Source of the DNA: Clostridia bacterium
GTDB lineage: Bacteria; Bacillota; Clostridia; Christensenellales; UBA1242
Direction of reading: 5' to 3'
DNA: 64,000 nt
NCBI GenBank assembly: GCA_045654505.1
Contig: JAZONM010000017.1
Span: forward strand, 1,556 to 65,555
Shown here: positions 29,533 through 39,211 of the stretch, in pieces
Layout of the letters: each line of letters starts with the position of its first letter
Position numbering within the stretch: the stretch's first letter is position 1
Position numbers and translations under genes: made by a program
Notes under the pieces: model-generated
The model's input: the letters and a program-made list of their open reading frames with translations, nothing else
Database searches by the model: none
Told to the model about the DNA's origin: nothing

Positions 29533-29558
29533 CAAAAAAAGACGCCCTCTGGACGTCT
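29533..29558 (-). terminator. Intrinsic terminator after small membrane protein gene
   Basis: Stem agacg (29540-29544) pairs with cgtct (29554-29558). The plus-strand A-run at 29533-29540 gives a minus-strand T-run. Confidence 0.5.
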
Positions 29559-29569
29559 AAAAAAGCAAT

Positions 29570-29797
29570 CTATACACTCAGCAATATAATATAAGCAATC
29601 AACAATATCAAACTTATTACCGCAACCCAAAACAAAAACCAGTTTTTGATTGGTTTACCTTCTTTACCACCTTTAAAGGCACCAAGAATACTAAGAAGTG
29701 TAATAAACACAAGCACACCTATAATAGCGCCCTTTACTTCATTTGATACGTTTCTTACTACGCTTGAATAAAAATTATTCCACAATGCTTTAAACAT
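29570..29797 (-). CDS. Small two-TM membrane protein, unknown function
   Basis: 75 aa with two hydrophobic helices (AIIGVLVFITLLSILGAF and WFLFWVAVISLILLIAYIILL). It lies downstream of gpmI. Confidence 0.5.
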   Translation of the reverse strand: MFKALWNNFYSSVVRNVSNEVKGAIIGVLVFITLLSILGAFKGGKEGKPIKNWFLFWVAVISLILLIAYIILLSV

Positions 29798-29843
29798 TTT
29801 TCTTCCTCACCTATATATAGTTTAGACCATAACAGTTGTTTTG

Positions 29844-31376
29844 TCAATGATTTAAGCCTTTTTTAATTAGGGATTTATGAGTAAATGATTCGGGACAAGG
29901 AATACCTAATAAATGCAAAATAGTAGGCGCTACATTTGACAAAACACCCCTCTCCAATTTTACATTGTCCACGCCTATCAAAATACAAGGAACTGGATTG
30001 GTTGTGTGATCGGTAAGGACCTTTCCTCCTTCAAGCATTTCCTCTGCATTGCCATGGTCAGCAATAATCAATGCACAACCACCAATGGATAAAATAGCAT
30101 CTACCAGTTTTTTTAGATTTTTGTCCACACATTTTACAGCTTTTATTGCAGCCCCAACATCACCAGTATGCCCTATCATGTCCGTATTGCTATAATTTAT
30201 CGCCATGAAATTATATTTTTTACTCAAAATGTTTTGAATAGCAATATCAGTGATTTCATTGGCTCGCATCTCAGGTACTTGCTCGAAAGGCACGCCTTTT
30301 ATCGTTTCAACTAAAAACCTACTTTCATTTTTATAGGGTTTTTCAATGCCACCATTCATGAAATATGTGACATGAGCGTATTTAGTAGTCTCACTTATTT
30401 TAAATTGTTTTAATCCCGCTTTACTTATAATTGCAGATAGATTTTCCTCTACACTTTTCACAGGAAATGCAATGATAGGCTTCTTAAATTTTTCATCAAA
30501 ACTAACAAATGTACACATTTTCACATTTCTAAGCTTACGAGTCTCAAATTTATCAAAATCCTCTATCAAGGCCGAAGTAAGCTGACGACCTCTATCTTCA
30601 CGGAAATTGAAGTGTATAATGCCATCATTATCCTTGATTCCTTCATAATAAGGTGAATCAAGCAAAATTGGCTTTACAAATTCGTCATATATGCCTTTTT
30701 GATAACTCTCTTTTACACTTTTAATTGCATCACTTGACTTGATTGGATTTTTACCATCGACAATCAAATCATAAGCCATTTTAGTATAATTGTAATTTTG
30801 CTCTCTATCCATAGCATAATATCTACCTATTATGGTGCTTAGATAGCATCCCGGAGCATCCTTGATTTTTTCAAGCAAATCTTTAATGTAATCAACACCA
30901 TTTTCACGATAAGTATCTCTGCCATCTAGAAAAGCATGTATGCTTACTTTTTTCACACCCAATTTCTTTGCCATATCAATAAGAGCAAAAAGGTGCTTGA
31001 TGTGACTATGCACACCACCATCGGAAAGCAAGCCCATCAAATGCAAAACACTATTGTTTTTTACACAATGAAGCATTGTAGCTGTCAAATTTTCATTTTT
31101 GTAAAACTCACCACTTTCGATTGCTTTATTGATTTTAAGTAGATTTTGATAAACAATCTTCCCTGCACCAATATTTAGATGCCCTACTTCACTATTACCT
31201 ATTTGACCTTTAGGAAGTCCGACACTCTCACCACTCGCAAGAAGAGTCGTAGAAGGATTGTTTTTATAGTAGTCAAAAAAATTAACAGGATTGGCAAGTT
31301 CTATAGCATTGCCTTCTCCGCCTTTTTTTACTCCCCAGCCATCAAGTATAATCAAACCAACAAATTTATTGTCCAT
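29844..31376 (-). CDS. gpmI: 2,3-bisphosphoglycerate-independent phosphoglycerate mutase
   Basis: 510 aa. LIILDGWG...GNSEVGHLNIGAG...GLLSDGGVHSH...ADHGNAE. Confidence 0.96.
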   Translation of the reverse strand: MDNKFVGLIILDGWGVKKGGEGNAIELANPVNFFDYYKNNPSTTLLASGESVGLPKGQIGNSEVGHLNIGAGKIVYQNLLKINKAIESGEFYKNENLTATMLHCVKNNSVLHLMGLLSDGGVHSHIKHLFALIDMAKKLGVKKVSIHAFLDGRDTYRENGVDYIKDLLEKIKDAPGCYLSTIIGRYYAMDREQNYNYTKMAYDLIVDGKNPIKSSDAIKSVKESYQKGIYDEFVKPILLDSPYYEGIKDNDGIIHFNFREDRGRQLTSALIEDFDKFETRKLRNVKMCTFVSFDEKFKKPIIAFPVKSVEENLSAIISKAGLKQFKISETTKYAHVTYFMNGGIEKPYKNESRFLVETIKGVPFEQVPEMRANEITDIAIQNILSKKYNFMAINYSNTDMIGHTGDVGAAIKAVKCVDKNLKKLVDAILSIGGCALIIADHGNAEEMLEGGKVLTDHTTNPVPCILIGVDNVKLERGVLSNVAPTILHLLGIPCPESFTHKSLIKKGLNH

Positions 31377-31387
31377 ATTACCTCAAT

Positions 31388-32131
31388 TTATTTATAAGCA
31401 AAAATTTTCTCAAAAGTCTCCACCTTAAGACTTGCTCCACCAATCAAGCCGCCATCAATATTAGGTTTTGACAAAATTTCATTTGCATTTTTATCATTTA
31501 ATGAACCGCCGTAAACAACGCATATTTTCTCTCTTTGCATAGTATATCGCTTTGCCACAAAATCCTTGATATGTCTTGCCATCTTATCCGCTTGGTCACT
31601 AGTAGCGCTTACACCTGTACCTATCGCCCAGATAGGCTCATACGCAAACACGATTTTTTCAATTTTATCTCCATCAATATCTTTCAATGCATTTACTATT
31701 TGCTTATCTACGATTTTGTTTTGTTCGCCCCTCTCCCTTTGCTCTAGATTCTCGCCAAAACAGAATACAGGTACAATTCCACATTCCAACAACACCTTAA
31801 TTTTTTTGTTTATTGCCGTATCATTTTCATTGTAGTACGCACGTCTTTCGCTATGCCCTACTAGTACCAATTTTACACCAAAATCCTTAAGCATATCCAC
31901 TGAGACTTCACCAGTAAATGCACCTTTAGAGTACTCGTTTACATTTTGCGCGCCATAGTACACATTGGACTTAGCCAAATATTTTTCCGCTAAATACAAA
32001 TATGGAAATGGCACTGCCACTCCCACTTTGTTGTTGGATTTCTTTGCTTGTTTTTTAAGACCTTTCAAATATGCAACAATTTCTTCTCTTGTCATATTCA
32101 TTTTAAGGTTTCCAATCAAAAACTTACTCAT
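31388..32131 (-). CDS. tpiA: Triose-phosphate isomerase
   Basis: IGNLKMN...GAFTGEVS...LVGHSERR...YEPIWAIGTG...YGGS. Confidence 0.96.
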   Translation of the reverse strand: MSKFLIGNLKMNMTREEIVAYLKGLKKQAKKSNNKVGVAVPFPYLYLAEKYLAKSNVYYGAQNVNEYSKGAFTGEVSVDMLKDFGVKLVLVGHSERRAYYNENDTAINKKIKVLLECGIVPVFCFGENLEQRERGEQNKIVDKQIVNALKDIDGDKIEKIVFAYEPIWAIGTGVSATSDQADKMARHIKDFVAKRYTMQREKICVVYGGSLNDKNANEILSKPNIDGGLIGGASLKVETFEKIFAYK

Positions 32132-32139
32132 TGATACCT

Positions 32140-33321
32140 CTATTTATTTTCAATTACATCTACACCTGGTAAAATTTTGCCTTCAAAAAGTTTTAGGCTA
32201 GCACCCCCACCAGTAGACATGTGAGTTACTTTTTTACCAAATCCCATATTAACAATTGCACTTACGCTATCGCCGCCTCCGATAATGGTTGTGCCCTTGC
32301 ACTTAGCAACAGCTTTAGCAATCTTATATGTTCCATCAGCAAAAGCCGGATTTTCAAATACTCCCATTGGTCCATTCCAAATCACAGTGCGTGCCTTTTT
32401 AATTGCCTTTGCATATTGTTTTACGGTTTGTTTTCCAATATCAAGTCCCATATAACCTTCAGGGATATTGATTGTCTTAATGTACACGCCTTCTTTGTCT
32501 TTAATATCCTTACCTACTACATGGTCGCAAGGAAGCAATATCTTCACATCCTTCTCGTTTGCCTTAACTAAAATTTCACGAGCCAATTGGATTTTCTCTT
32601 GATCTACAATTGATGCACCCATCTTATATCCCATTGCTCTTAAGAATGTGTACGCCATACCACCACCAATAATTACAGTATCGGCAATCTCACACATAGA
32701 CTCCACGATGCCAAGTTTGTCAGCAACTTTTGCACCACCTATCAATGCTACAAAAGGGCGTTTTTTATTTTCAATTGCACCGCAAATCGCATTCAATTCT
32801 TTCTCAATCAAAAATCCTATCGCAGAAGGTAGAAGTTTTCCCACACCATAAGTAGAGGCGTGTTTTCTATGAGCAGTACCAAAAGCGTCGTTTACATACA
32901 TGTCACCAAGATTTGCAAGTTTTTTACAAAACTCTTGGTCATTCTCCTCCTCACCTTTTTCAAAACGAGTATTTTCCAAAAGCAAAACTTCACCCATTTT
33001 AAGTTTGCCCGCTTTCTTTATCGCGTCATCTCCTACGACATCTTTTGCCATAACAATTTTTGTATTAGGCAACAATTCTTGAAGTCTTTGACAAACAGGT
33101 TTTAGAGAGTATTTTTTTACCACTTCACCATCAGGACGACCAAGGTGACTCATAAGTACCACACTTGCACCCTTCTCAAGCAAATATTTAACAGTATTTA
33201 ATGACTCAGTAATACGAGTGTCATCAGTTATTTTTCCGTCTTTAAGAGGGACATTGTAATCCACTCTAAGCAATACTTTTTTTCCATAAACATCTATATC
33301 TAATAAGGTTTTCTTATTCAT
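32140..33321 (-). CDS. pgk: Phosphoglycerate kinase
   Basis: VLLRVDYNVPL...MSHLGRP...NDAFGTAHR...IGGGDS...STGGGASL. Confidence 0.97.
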   Translation of the reverse strand: MNKKTLLDIDVYGKKVLLRVDYNVPLKDGKITDDTRITESLNTVKYLLEKGASVVLMSHLGRPDGEVVKKYSLKPVCQRLQELLPNTKIVMAKDVVGDDAIKKAGKLKMGEVLLLENTRFEKGEEENDQEFCKKLANLGDMYVNDAFGTAHRKHASTYGVGKLLPSAIGFLIEKELNAICGAIENKKRPFVALIGGAKVADKLGIVESMCEIADTVIIGGGMAYTFLRAMGYKMGASIVDQEKIQLAREILVKANEKDVKILLPCDHVVGKDIKDKEGVYIKTINIPEGYMGLDIGKQTVKQYAKAIKKARTVIWNGPMGVFENPAFADGTYKIAKAVAKCKGTTIIGGGDSVSAIVNMGFGKKVTHMSTGGGASLKLFEGKILPGVDVIENK

Positions 33322-33478
33322 AATCTCTCCATTAGGGCATAATAACCCACAATATTATTATATATTTAATAATAAAATAACGCAAACATTCTAAAAAAAA
33401 TATGAGAAATTTTTTAAATTTTCCCATATTTCCAGCGTTTTTGCCACAAACAATATCTATTTATGACTCAAAAACCAA

Positions 33479-34414
33479 TTATTGATTTGTATAGACCTCT
33501 TTAAGTGACTTCAATATTTTTTCTATATTGGTCTCTCTAGAAATCTCATTTTTAAATACATTGATGTTTTTAAGACCTTTTATATACCACAAAATATGCT
33601 TACGCATGTGTTTTGCGACAAATCTATCAGGATAAAATTTTCTAAGAAGTGTGATATGTTTTTCGATTATATCATACTGAGATAGTGCACACTCGCTACC
33701 TTTTAGCTCGCTAAATATTTTTGGATTTCCCATACTAGCTCTGCCTATCATAACCCCATCTACTTTTGTATAATTTAGCATATGTTGGTATGATGCCTTA
33801 TCCCTTACATCTCCATTACCGATTACTGGAATATTCACACTCTCTTTCACTTTCTTTATCGCGTCCAAATCCACGTTTCCACTATACATTTGTTTTGCAG
33901 TCCTGCCATGTATAGTGATTGCTGCAGCCCCTGCCCTCTCACACATCTTAGCAAATTCGATATAGTTTTCATGCTCCTCATCCCAGCCCTTGCGAAATTT
34001 CACAGTGATTGGTTTTTCACTAGCCTCCACGCAAGCACGAATAATTTTCTCTGCAAGGTCGATATCCTTCATTAAGGCTGCACCCTCACCATTTTTTACA
34101 ATCTTAGGCGTAGGACAACCCATATTTATATCAATTATATCAAATTTTGCAAGTGCCGGATTTTTGACAGCTTCCGCCATAATCTTTGGGCTACTTCCAA
34201 AGATTTGGGCAATCTTTACTTTTTCATTATCAGCAGTATAAAGTAGAGATAGGGATTTTTCATTGCCGTACTTTAGCGACTTGCTTGATACCAATTCGCC
34301 CACTCCCCAGTCAGCGCCCAACTCCACACATATACTTCTAAAAGCCACATCCGTAACTCCAGCCATCGGAGCCAATATAAGCGGATTTTGTACTTTAATA
34401 TTTCCTATTTTCAT
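33479..34414 (-). CDS. dusB: tRNA-dihydrouridine synthase (DusB-like)
   Basis: LILAPMAGVTDVAFRSIC...DINMGCP...VKFRKGWD...ITIHGRT. Confidence 0.9.
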   Translation of the reverse strand: MKIGNIKVQNPLILAPMAGVTDVAFRSICVELGADWGVGELVSSKSLKYGNEKSLSLLYTADNEKVKIAQIFGSSPKIMAEAVKNPALAKFDIIDINMGCPTPKIVKNGEGAALMKDIDLAEKIIRACVEASEKPITVKFRKGWDEEHENYIEFAKMCERAGAAAITIHGRTAKQMYSGNVDLDAIKKVKESVNIPVIGNGDVRDKASYQHMLNYTKVDGVMIGRASMGNPKIFSELKGSECALSQYDIIEKHITLLRKFYPDRFVAKHMRKHILWYIKGLKNINVFKNEISRETNIEKILKSLKEVYTNQ

Positions 34415-34551
34415 GTATAACCTTTTACAAAAATTTCTATTTTACTTACTTCTTAGCGTATCCTAAGACAATATATTTACTTGCTCATTATACCATATAT
34501 TCACATTTAGTCAAACAACAAAAAAGAGGAGAACCTCCCCTCTTTTTATAG

Positions 34552-34662
34552 TTATTTTTTGTAGCCATGCTTTTTAGCAGTAGCATTTAGGTCTTTTTCC
34601 ATTTTATCCAAAGCAATATCTACTTTCTTTTTTGCTTGTTCCAATTCATACAACATACTCAT
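34552..34662 (-). CDS. Possible 36-aa helical micro-protein
   Basis: Manual translation gives MSMLYELEQAKKKVDIALDKMEKDLNATAKKHGYKK. GGAGGTG lies directly upstream and a hairpin plus T-run (about 34520-34547) lies downstream. No family was recognised. Confidence 0.35.
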   Translation of the reverse strand: MSMLYELEQAKKKVDIALDKMEKDLNATAKKHGYKK

Positions 34663-34674
34663 ACACCTCCAAAA

Positions 34675-35955
34675 CTATCTGCCTTTTGAAACATTGTCAA
34701 GTTCTATCATATTGCCTTCCATTTGGTCAGCTAGATATTTGGCAACAACTACACCTTTTCTTCCTTCTCTATTTTTAGCTGCTTCTTTTGCTGTCTTTTC
34801 TTCTTCTTTGCGTTTTCTAGCCTCTTCTTTCAATTTAGCATTGTTTATTTTCTCAAGTTCTTTTGCTGTTTTCTTAGCCAATGCAGACTCCATTGCTTTC
34901 TCAACAACAGGTGCAATATCTTTAATCAATTTTGTGTATTTTTCAGCAATAGCATTACCTTTAGTAATTGCCTCTACTCTCATATCATTAAGAGTTTTAA
35001 AACGACTCGAGCCACAACTTTTTTCTTTTGTATCAATAGTCTTTTCAAGTTTTTCAATAGCTTTTTGTTGTGCTACAATCTCTTTATTTTTAGCATTAAT
35101 TTCTTTAGCATCTGTCAAAAGAACTAGTTCGTTGTTAAGTTGTATAAGTTTGCCGTTCTCTTCTTCTAGAGACAACTTGTCTTCTTTTAGCTCATCCAAC
35201 AATTTGAAATAATCATAGTAAGTTTTAGCGTTTTTCTCGCTTAGGTTTCTAAAAGCAAGAGTCTTTTGATTAAAGTCCTCACTAAGTGCATTTATTCTGT
35301 TGTGAGCTTGAGTTCCTAGATTTTCTTTAAGTGTCTTCACATATTTTTCATCGGTAAGTAATACTTCACAGTATTTTAAATCTGCTGCAAGTACTGCAGG
35401 AAGTTTAAATACTTCTTCATCGCTTTTTACCAATACTTCTATAAGTGCTTTTACAAATCTTGGATTCTCTTTATTTTCGCCTGCAATTCTATTAAGTTGG
35501 ACAGCATCTTTTGCGATAATATCTTTAAATAGATCCACATCAAGACCTGCAGAATAAGTAGTAAATTCATCAGATTTCATTTCTACCAAAGATTCCAAAA
35601 CTTCTTTAGTAAGATATCTTCTACTTACATTTATTTTGCCAAGTTTTGCTTCTTCTTTAGCACGAGTCTTTTCAGCGCGATTATTAGCTACCATTACTTT
35701 AATTAAGAAATCCTTGTCCTTATTAAGTTCTGGGCTCATATAGCCAAAGAAAAATTCTTTTTGTGCAGGAGTAAGTGCAATTGAATTAGCAACTGCCAAC
35801 ATTATCTCTCTGTCATTAGAAAGTCTCTCTACAAATTCTCTATCCCTTCTCCATTCTTTTTGGTCATTGTAAGCTTTGATAAGAGTAGAATTTACGAAAT
35901 TTTTACCTCTATTCATTTCTGTAAACAACCAATCATATTTCAAATATTTATCTGC
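34675..35955 (-). CDS. Coiled-coil hypothetical protein (426 aa)
   Basis: The ATG at 35955 (MADKYLKYDW) has a GAGGT RBS 8 nt upstream; the longer track start at 36051 has none. The C-terminal half is K/E-rich coiled coil. No enzymatic motif was recognised. Confidence 0.6.
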   Translation of the reverse strand, partial: ADKYLKYDWLFTEMNRGKNFVNSTLIKAYNDQKEWRRDREFVERLSNDREIMLAVANSIALTPAQKEFFFGYMSPELNKDKDFLIKVMVANNRAEKTRAKEEAKLGKINVSRRYLTKEVLESLVEMKSDEFTTYSAGLDVDLFKDIIAKDAVQLNRIAGENKENPRFVKALIEVLVKSDEEVFKLPAVLAADLKYCEVLLTDEKYVKTLKENLGTQAHNRINALSEDFNQKTLAFRNLSEKNAKTYYDYFKLLDELKEDKLSLEEENGKLIQLNNELVLLTDAKEINAKNKEIVAQQKAIEKLEKTIDTKEKSCGSSRFKTLNDMRVEAITKGNAIAEKYTKLIKDIAPVVEKAMESALAKKTAKELEKINNAKLKEEARKRKEEEKTAKEAAKNREGRKGVVVAKYLADQMEGNMIELDNVSKGR

Positions 35956-36065
35956 CATATCTTTATACCTCACATATTTTGATATGCATATATTACCACG
36001 ATTTGTGCCTAAAGTCAATACCCATTTTATTAAAATATTTATTAAAAACAAGTGCTAAAAACATA

Positions 36066-36094
36066 ACAAAAAAGTCACGCATAAAGCGTGACCT
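36066..36094 (-). terminator. Intrinsic terminator after hup
   Basis: Stem gtcacgc (36074-36080) pairs with gcgtgac (36086-36092), with a minus-strand T-run. Confidence 0.7.
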
Positions 36095-36110
36095 TCTAAA
36101 GACTGAATTA

Positions 36111-36386
36111 TTATTTGTTTACAGCGTCTTTAAGAGCTTTAGCTGCTTTGAAAGCAGGAGCTTTTCTAGCAGGAACTTTTACAAGCTCTTTTGTGCGAGG
36201 ATTGATACTAGTACGAGCAGCTCTTTTGCTTACTACCCATTTTCCTAGTCCTGCAACTGCAACTTCTTGACCTTTAGCCAAAGCACCTGTTACTACTGCT
36301 ACTAATTCGTCAACAACTGCAGCAACGTCCTTTTGAGTAAGTTCAAGATTTTCTGCGATAACTTTTACCAATTCAGATTTATTCAT
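36111..36386 (-). CDS. hup: HU family DNA-binding protein
   Basis: MNKSELVKVIAENLELTQKDVAAVVDELV...GLGKWVVSKRAARTSINPRTKELVKVPARKAPAFKAAKALKDAV. Confidence 0.93.
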   Translation of the reverse strand: MNKSELVKVIAENLELTQKDVAAVVDELVAVVTGALAKGQEVAVAGLGKWVVSKRAARTSINPRTKELVKVPARKAPAFKAAKALKDAVNK

Positions 36387-36504
36387 TTTATTATCTCCTT
36401 ATCAAATTGATACCCAATTATACCAAAATTATATGTTTTCACCAAATATTTTTTGCAAAAAAATACAAAAAACCCGCAATTTAAGGGGTTTTTGCATCGT
36501 ATTA

Positions 36505-36777
36505 TTAAGAAATGGCACGTTTTAGACATTTACCTGCTTTAAAGACAGGCATTTTACATGCTGGCAGTTTTACTTGCTTTTTAAGTATTGGATTGTAAGA
36601 ATTGCGTGACGGACGTTGTTTTACCTCCCATTTACCAAATCCAACAAGATTGATATTGTCACCTTTTTTTAAGGTTTTTTCTACGATTTCAGTCAATGCA
36701 TTTAGACAAAGACAACAATCTTTTTGAGTTAGTTTTGTATCCTTGCTAAGTTCTTTGATAAGTTCTATTTTATTCAT
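36505..36777 (-). CDS. Divergent cysteine-rich HU-family paralogue
   Basis: MNKIELIKELSKDTKLTQKDCCLCLNALTEIVEKTLKKGDNINLVGFGKWEVKQRPSRNSYNPILKKQVKLPACKMPVFKAGKCLKRAI has the HU fold pattern and five Cys. It has its own terminator, and the hup promoter follows. Confidence 0.8.
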   Translation of the reverse strand: MNKIELIKELSKDTKLTQKDCCLCLNALTEIVEKTLKKGDNINLVGFGKWEVKQRPSRNSYNPILKKQVKLPACKMPVFKAGKCLKRAIS

Positions 36778-36829
36778 ATATTCGCCTCCTAAATTATTTA
36801 AGTATAAACTTATATTTCCGCTTTCATAC

Positions 36830-38563
36830 CTATTTTTTAGAAGGACGCAAAAATTTTTGAAGTGGGAGTTTTGGGAAATGTTTTTTTTCTTGCCTAGTAA
36901 ATACTTTTAGCAATAATATTCCTGACAAATATACGATAATTACAATAAGTGCACTTATGAATACATTTGCATATGTATTGATATCCCTCAGTAGTCCTTT
37001 TACAACATACCCTACTCCTGCTGACGCTCCTGCAATAATCAATGGCAAAACAACACTTCTACCAAAGTCTAGAGATAAATCCAAATAATTTCTTAGTTTT
37101 GCAGTGCAAATCAAACATGCCAAAGCCATAAAAATACTATTAGAAATATAAACAGCAAATATATTGATTTGTGGCACTAAAATAAGTGTATAAGATATTG
37201 CAAAACGCACTATCATTGCTACAATTAGTGCAACAGTAGGTATAGTAGGTTTTCCAAGACCATTCAGGAGTGCAATTAGTGTAGAGAGTAGACAATTATA
37301 AATAATGGTGCTACTAGCCACAATTAGCAGTCTATTTGAGTACGCAAATTCGTCCAGCACCCTCCCGCTCAAACCTTTACCATATAGGATACCAATAATA
37401 TCCGAGGAAAATACAATAAAACCAACAAACAAAAGTAGTGAAATTATCCAAGTGATTTTTATGAAAAATGAGCTACGTTCGCTTAATTCTTCTCTATTGT
37501 GCTGACTTACAAGCGCTGATATATTAGGCATAACAGCGGTAGAAAAAGCAACTGTAAATATAACAGGCAAAGATATAAGTGACGAGACTACACCATTTGA
37601 CAAACCATACAAAGATGTGGCAAGCATGGACGACACCCCCGATTTTTCGAGGATATTGATAACGACAAAACTATCCACCAGCGACACAAGTGGCAAAATC
37701 AATGAAGACAGCGTCGTAGGAAGGGAAAATGCAACAAGTTTTTTTACCGCAACTCTCTTTGATACATAATCTTTATTAGTATAAAAATATTGTATCGTCA
37801 ATTTTTGTCTAAAGTGCTTTCTTCTTTTAGTATAGTACTTTTTGTATATTTTTCTTACTATAATTTTCTCATTGAAATCTATAGTTTTTATCCGTCCCTC
37901 ACTATCCCTCATGAAAAACTTGTAGTCCTCTTTTTTCTTATACCAAATATAATTGAAAACCATAATGAAAAGTGTAATAAGTTCTGATATAGTTACACCA
38001 CAAATCGCACCGAGTACCGCATACTCCACCCCACGATACAACCATGCACCCGATAATATAAGACCTATGACTAGTTTTACAATCTGCTCAAAAATCATGG
38101 CTATTGACGACGGAATCATGTTTTCTATTCCTTGAAAATACCCCTTAATCACACCTACTAGGGACGCGCATACAAGTGCTGGCGCTATTGCAATATAACC
38201 AAGTATCGCATTACTATTTTGTTGTAAGGTGGCAAAATCACGACAAAAAATCAAAATCGCAAGAGCACACAAAAAACTGACTGTAAAAGAGAGGAAAACC
38301 GCCATTTGAAAATATGTCGTTTCGTTTCGTTTGTTTTTATTGACACGCTCATGTGCGACACACTTGCTAAGCGCCAAAGAAAATCCATTTGACGCTAGCA
38401 CTAGCATTATGGAATATAATGGAAAAACAAGATAATATATTCCCATTCCATTACTTCCAAGTATATTGGTCAGTGGTATTTTGTAAAAAGCACCGATGAT
38501 TTTTGCAACAATCCCACCAATTGTCAAAATCACGGCACCCATAATAAAGGATTGTTTTTTCAT
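36830..38563 (-). CDS. MOP-superfamily flippase, YabM/SpoVB-like
   Basis: 577 aa, polytopic. The N-terminus IMGAVILTIGGIVAKIIGAFYKIPLTNILGSNGMGIY is family-typical. It overlaps the spoVT stop, mirroring B. subtilis spoVT-yabM synteny. Confidence 0.8.
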   Translation of the reverse strand: MKKQSFIMGAVILTIGGIVAKIIGAFYKIPLTNILGSNGMGIYYLVFPLYSIMLVLASNGFSLALSKCVAHERVNKNKRNETTYFQMAVFLSFTVSFLCALAILIFCRDFATLQQNSNAILGYIAIAPALVCASLVGVIKGYFQGIENMIPSSIAMIFEQIVKLVIGLILSGAWLYRGVEYAVLGAICGVTISELITLFIMVFNYIWYKKKEDYKFFMRDSEGRIKTIDFNEKIIVRKIYKKYYTKRRKHFRQKLTIQYFYTNKDYVSKRVAVKKLVAFSLPTTLSSLILPLVSLVDSFVVINILEKSGVSSMLATSLYGLSNGVVSSLISLPVIFTVAFSTAVMPNISALVSQHNREELSERSSFFIKITWIISLLLFVGFIVFSSDIIGILYGKGLSGRVLDEFAYSNRLLIVASSTIIYNCLLSTLIALLNGLGKPTIPTVALIVAMIVRFAISYTLILVPQINIFAVYISNSIFMALACLICTAKLRNYLDLSLDFGRSVVLPLIIAGASAGVGYVVKGLLRDINTYANVFISALIVIIVYLSGILLLKVFTRQEKKHFPKLPLQKFLRPSKK

Positions 38564-39105
38564 ACTTTTAGTTGTTTACCCGCAAAACATGCTATTGCTT
38601 GCAAAACCTTTATATCACTTTGTGTTATTTCTTTCTCGTCACTTGACAATGCAACAAGCATTCCTTCGCATACTCCATCACTCACTATAGGAAACAAAAC
38701 CTGCGAGAAAAATTTGATTTCTTCATCTACTACTATTGGTATTAAAGTAGTGTGATTGGATTTGCTTGCAATATAATTCTGTCCCGCATGAATTAGTTTT
38801 ACTACTTCACTGCTTAGCGCTTTATTTATGTAAGTTTTTTTTGACACACCTACGCACACAACAGGCATAGATGTTGTGGTCATAAGGATAGGAAAATGCA
38901 GACAATCATACAAGACCTCACAAAGTTCTTCTCCAATCTCCGCAATACTATTTAGCGAATCATATTTGGTAAGGACTATATTACCTCCCTCTATCGTTAT
39001 ATGTAATGGAGAACCCTCTTTTATTAGCATAGAATTTCGTATTTCTTTTGGTATTACTATTCGTCCCAAATTATCTATTCTTCTTATCATTCCTGTATCT
39101 TTCAT
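38560..39105 (-). CDS. spoVT: Stage V sporulation regulator SpoVT (AbrB-type N-domain plus GAF-like C-domain)
   Basis: 181 aa. The N-terminal GMIRRIDNLGRIVIPKEIRNSMLIKEGSPLHITIEGGNIVLTKY is a SpoVT/AbrB swapped-hairpin motif. Length and synteny fit SpoVT rather than AbrB. Confidence 0.85.
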   Translation of the reverse strand: MKDTGMIRRIDNLGRIVIPKEIRNSMLIKEGSPLHITIEGGNIVLTKYDSLNSIAEIGEELCEVLYDCLHFPILMTTTSMPVVCVGVSKKTYINKALSSEVVKLIHAGQNYIASKSNHTTLIPIVVDEEIKFFSQVLFPIVSDGVCEGMLVALSSDEKEITQSDIKVLQAIACFAGKQLKV

Positions 39106-39175
39106 ATTATCCTCGTTATATATTTAGTATCTATATTTCGAGAATTTATTATGCAGAAAAATTAAAATTTGTGCG

Positions 39176-39199
39176 ACAAAAAAACACCCAAACGGGTGT
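39176..39199 (-). terminator. Intrinsic terminator after DUF975-like gene
   Basis: Stem acaccc (39184-39189) pairs with gggtgt (39194-39199), with a minus-strand T-run. Confidence 0.7.
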
Positions 39200-39211
39200 T
39201 TTTAATTTCTA

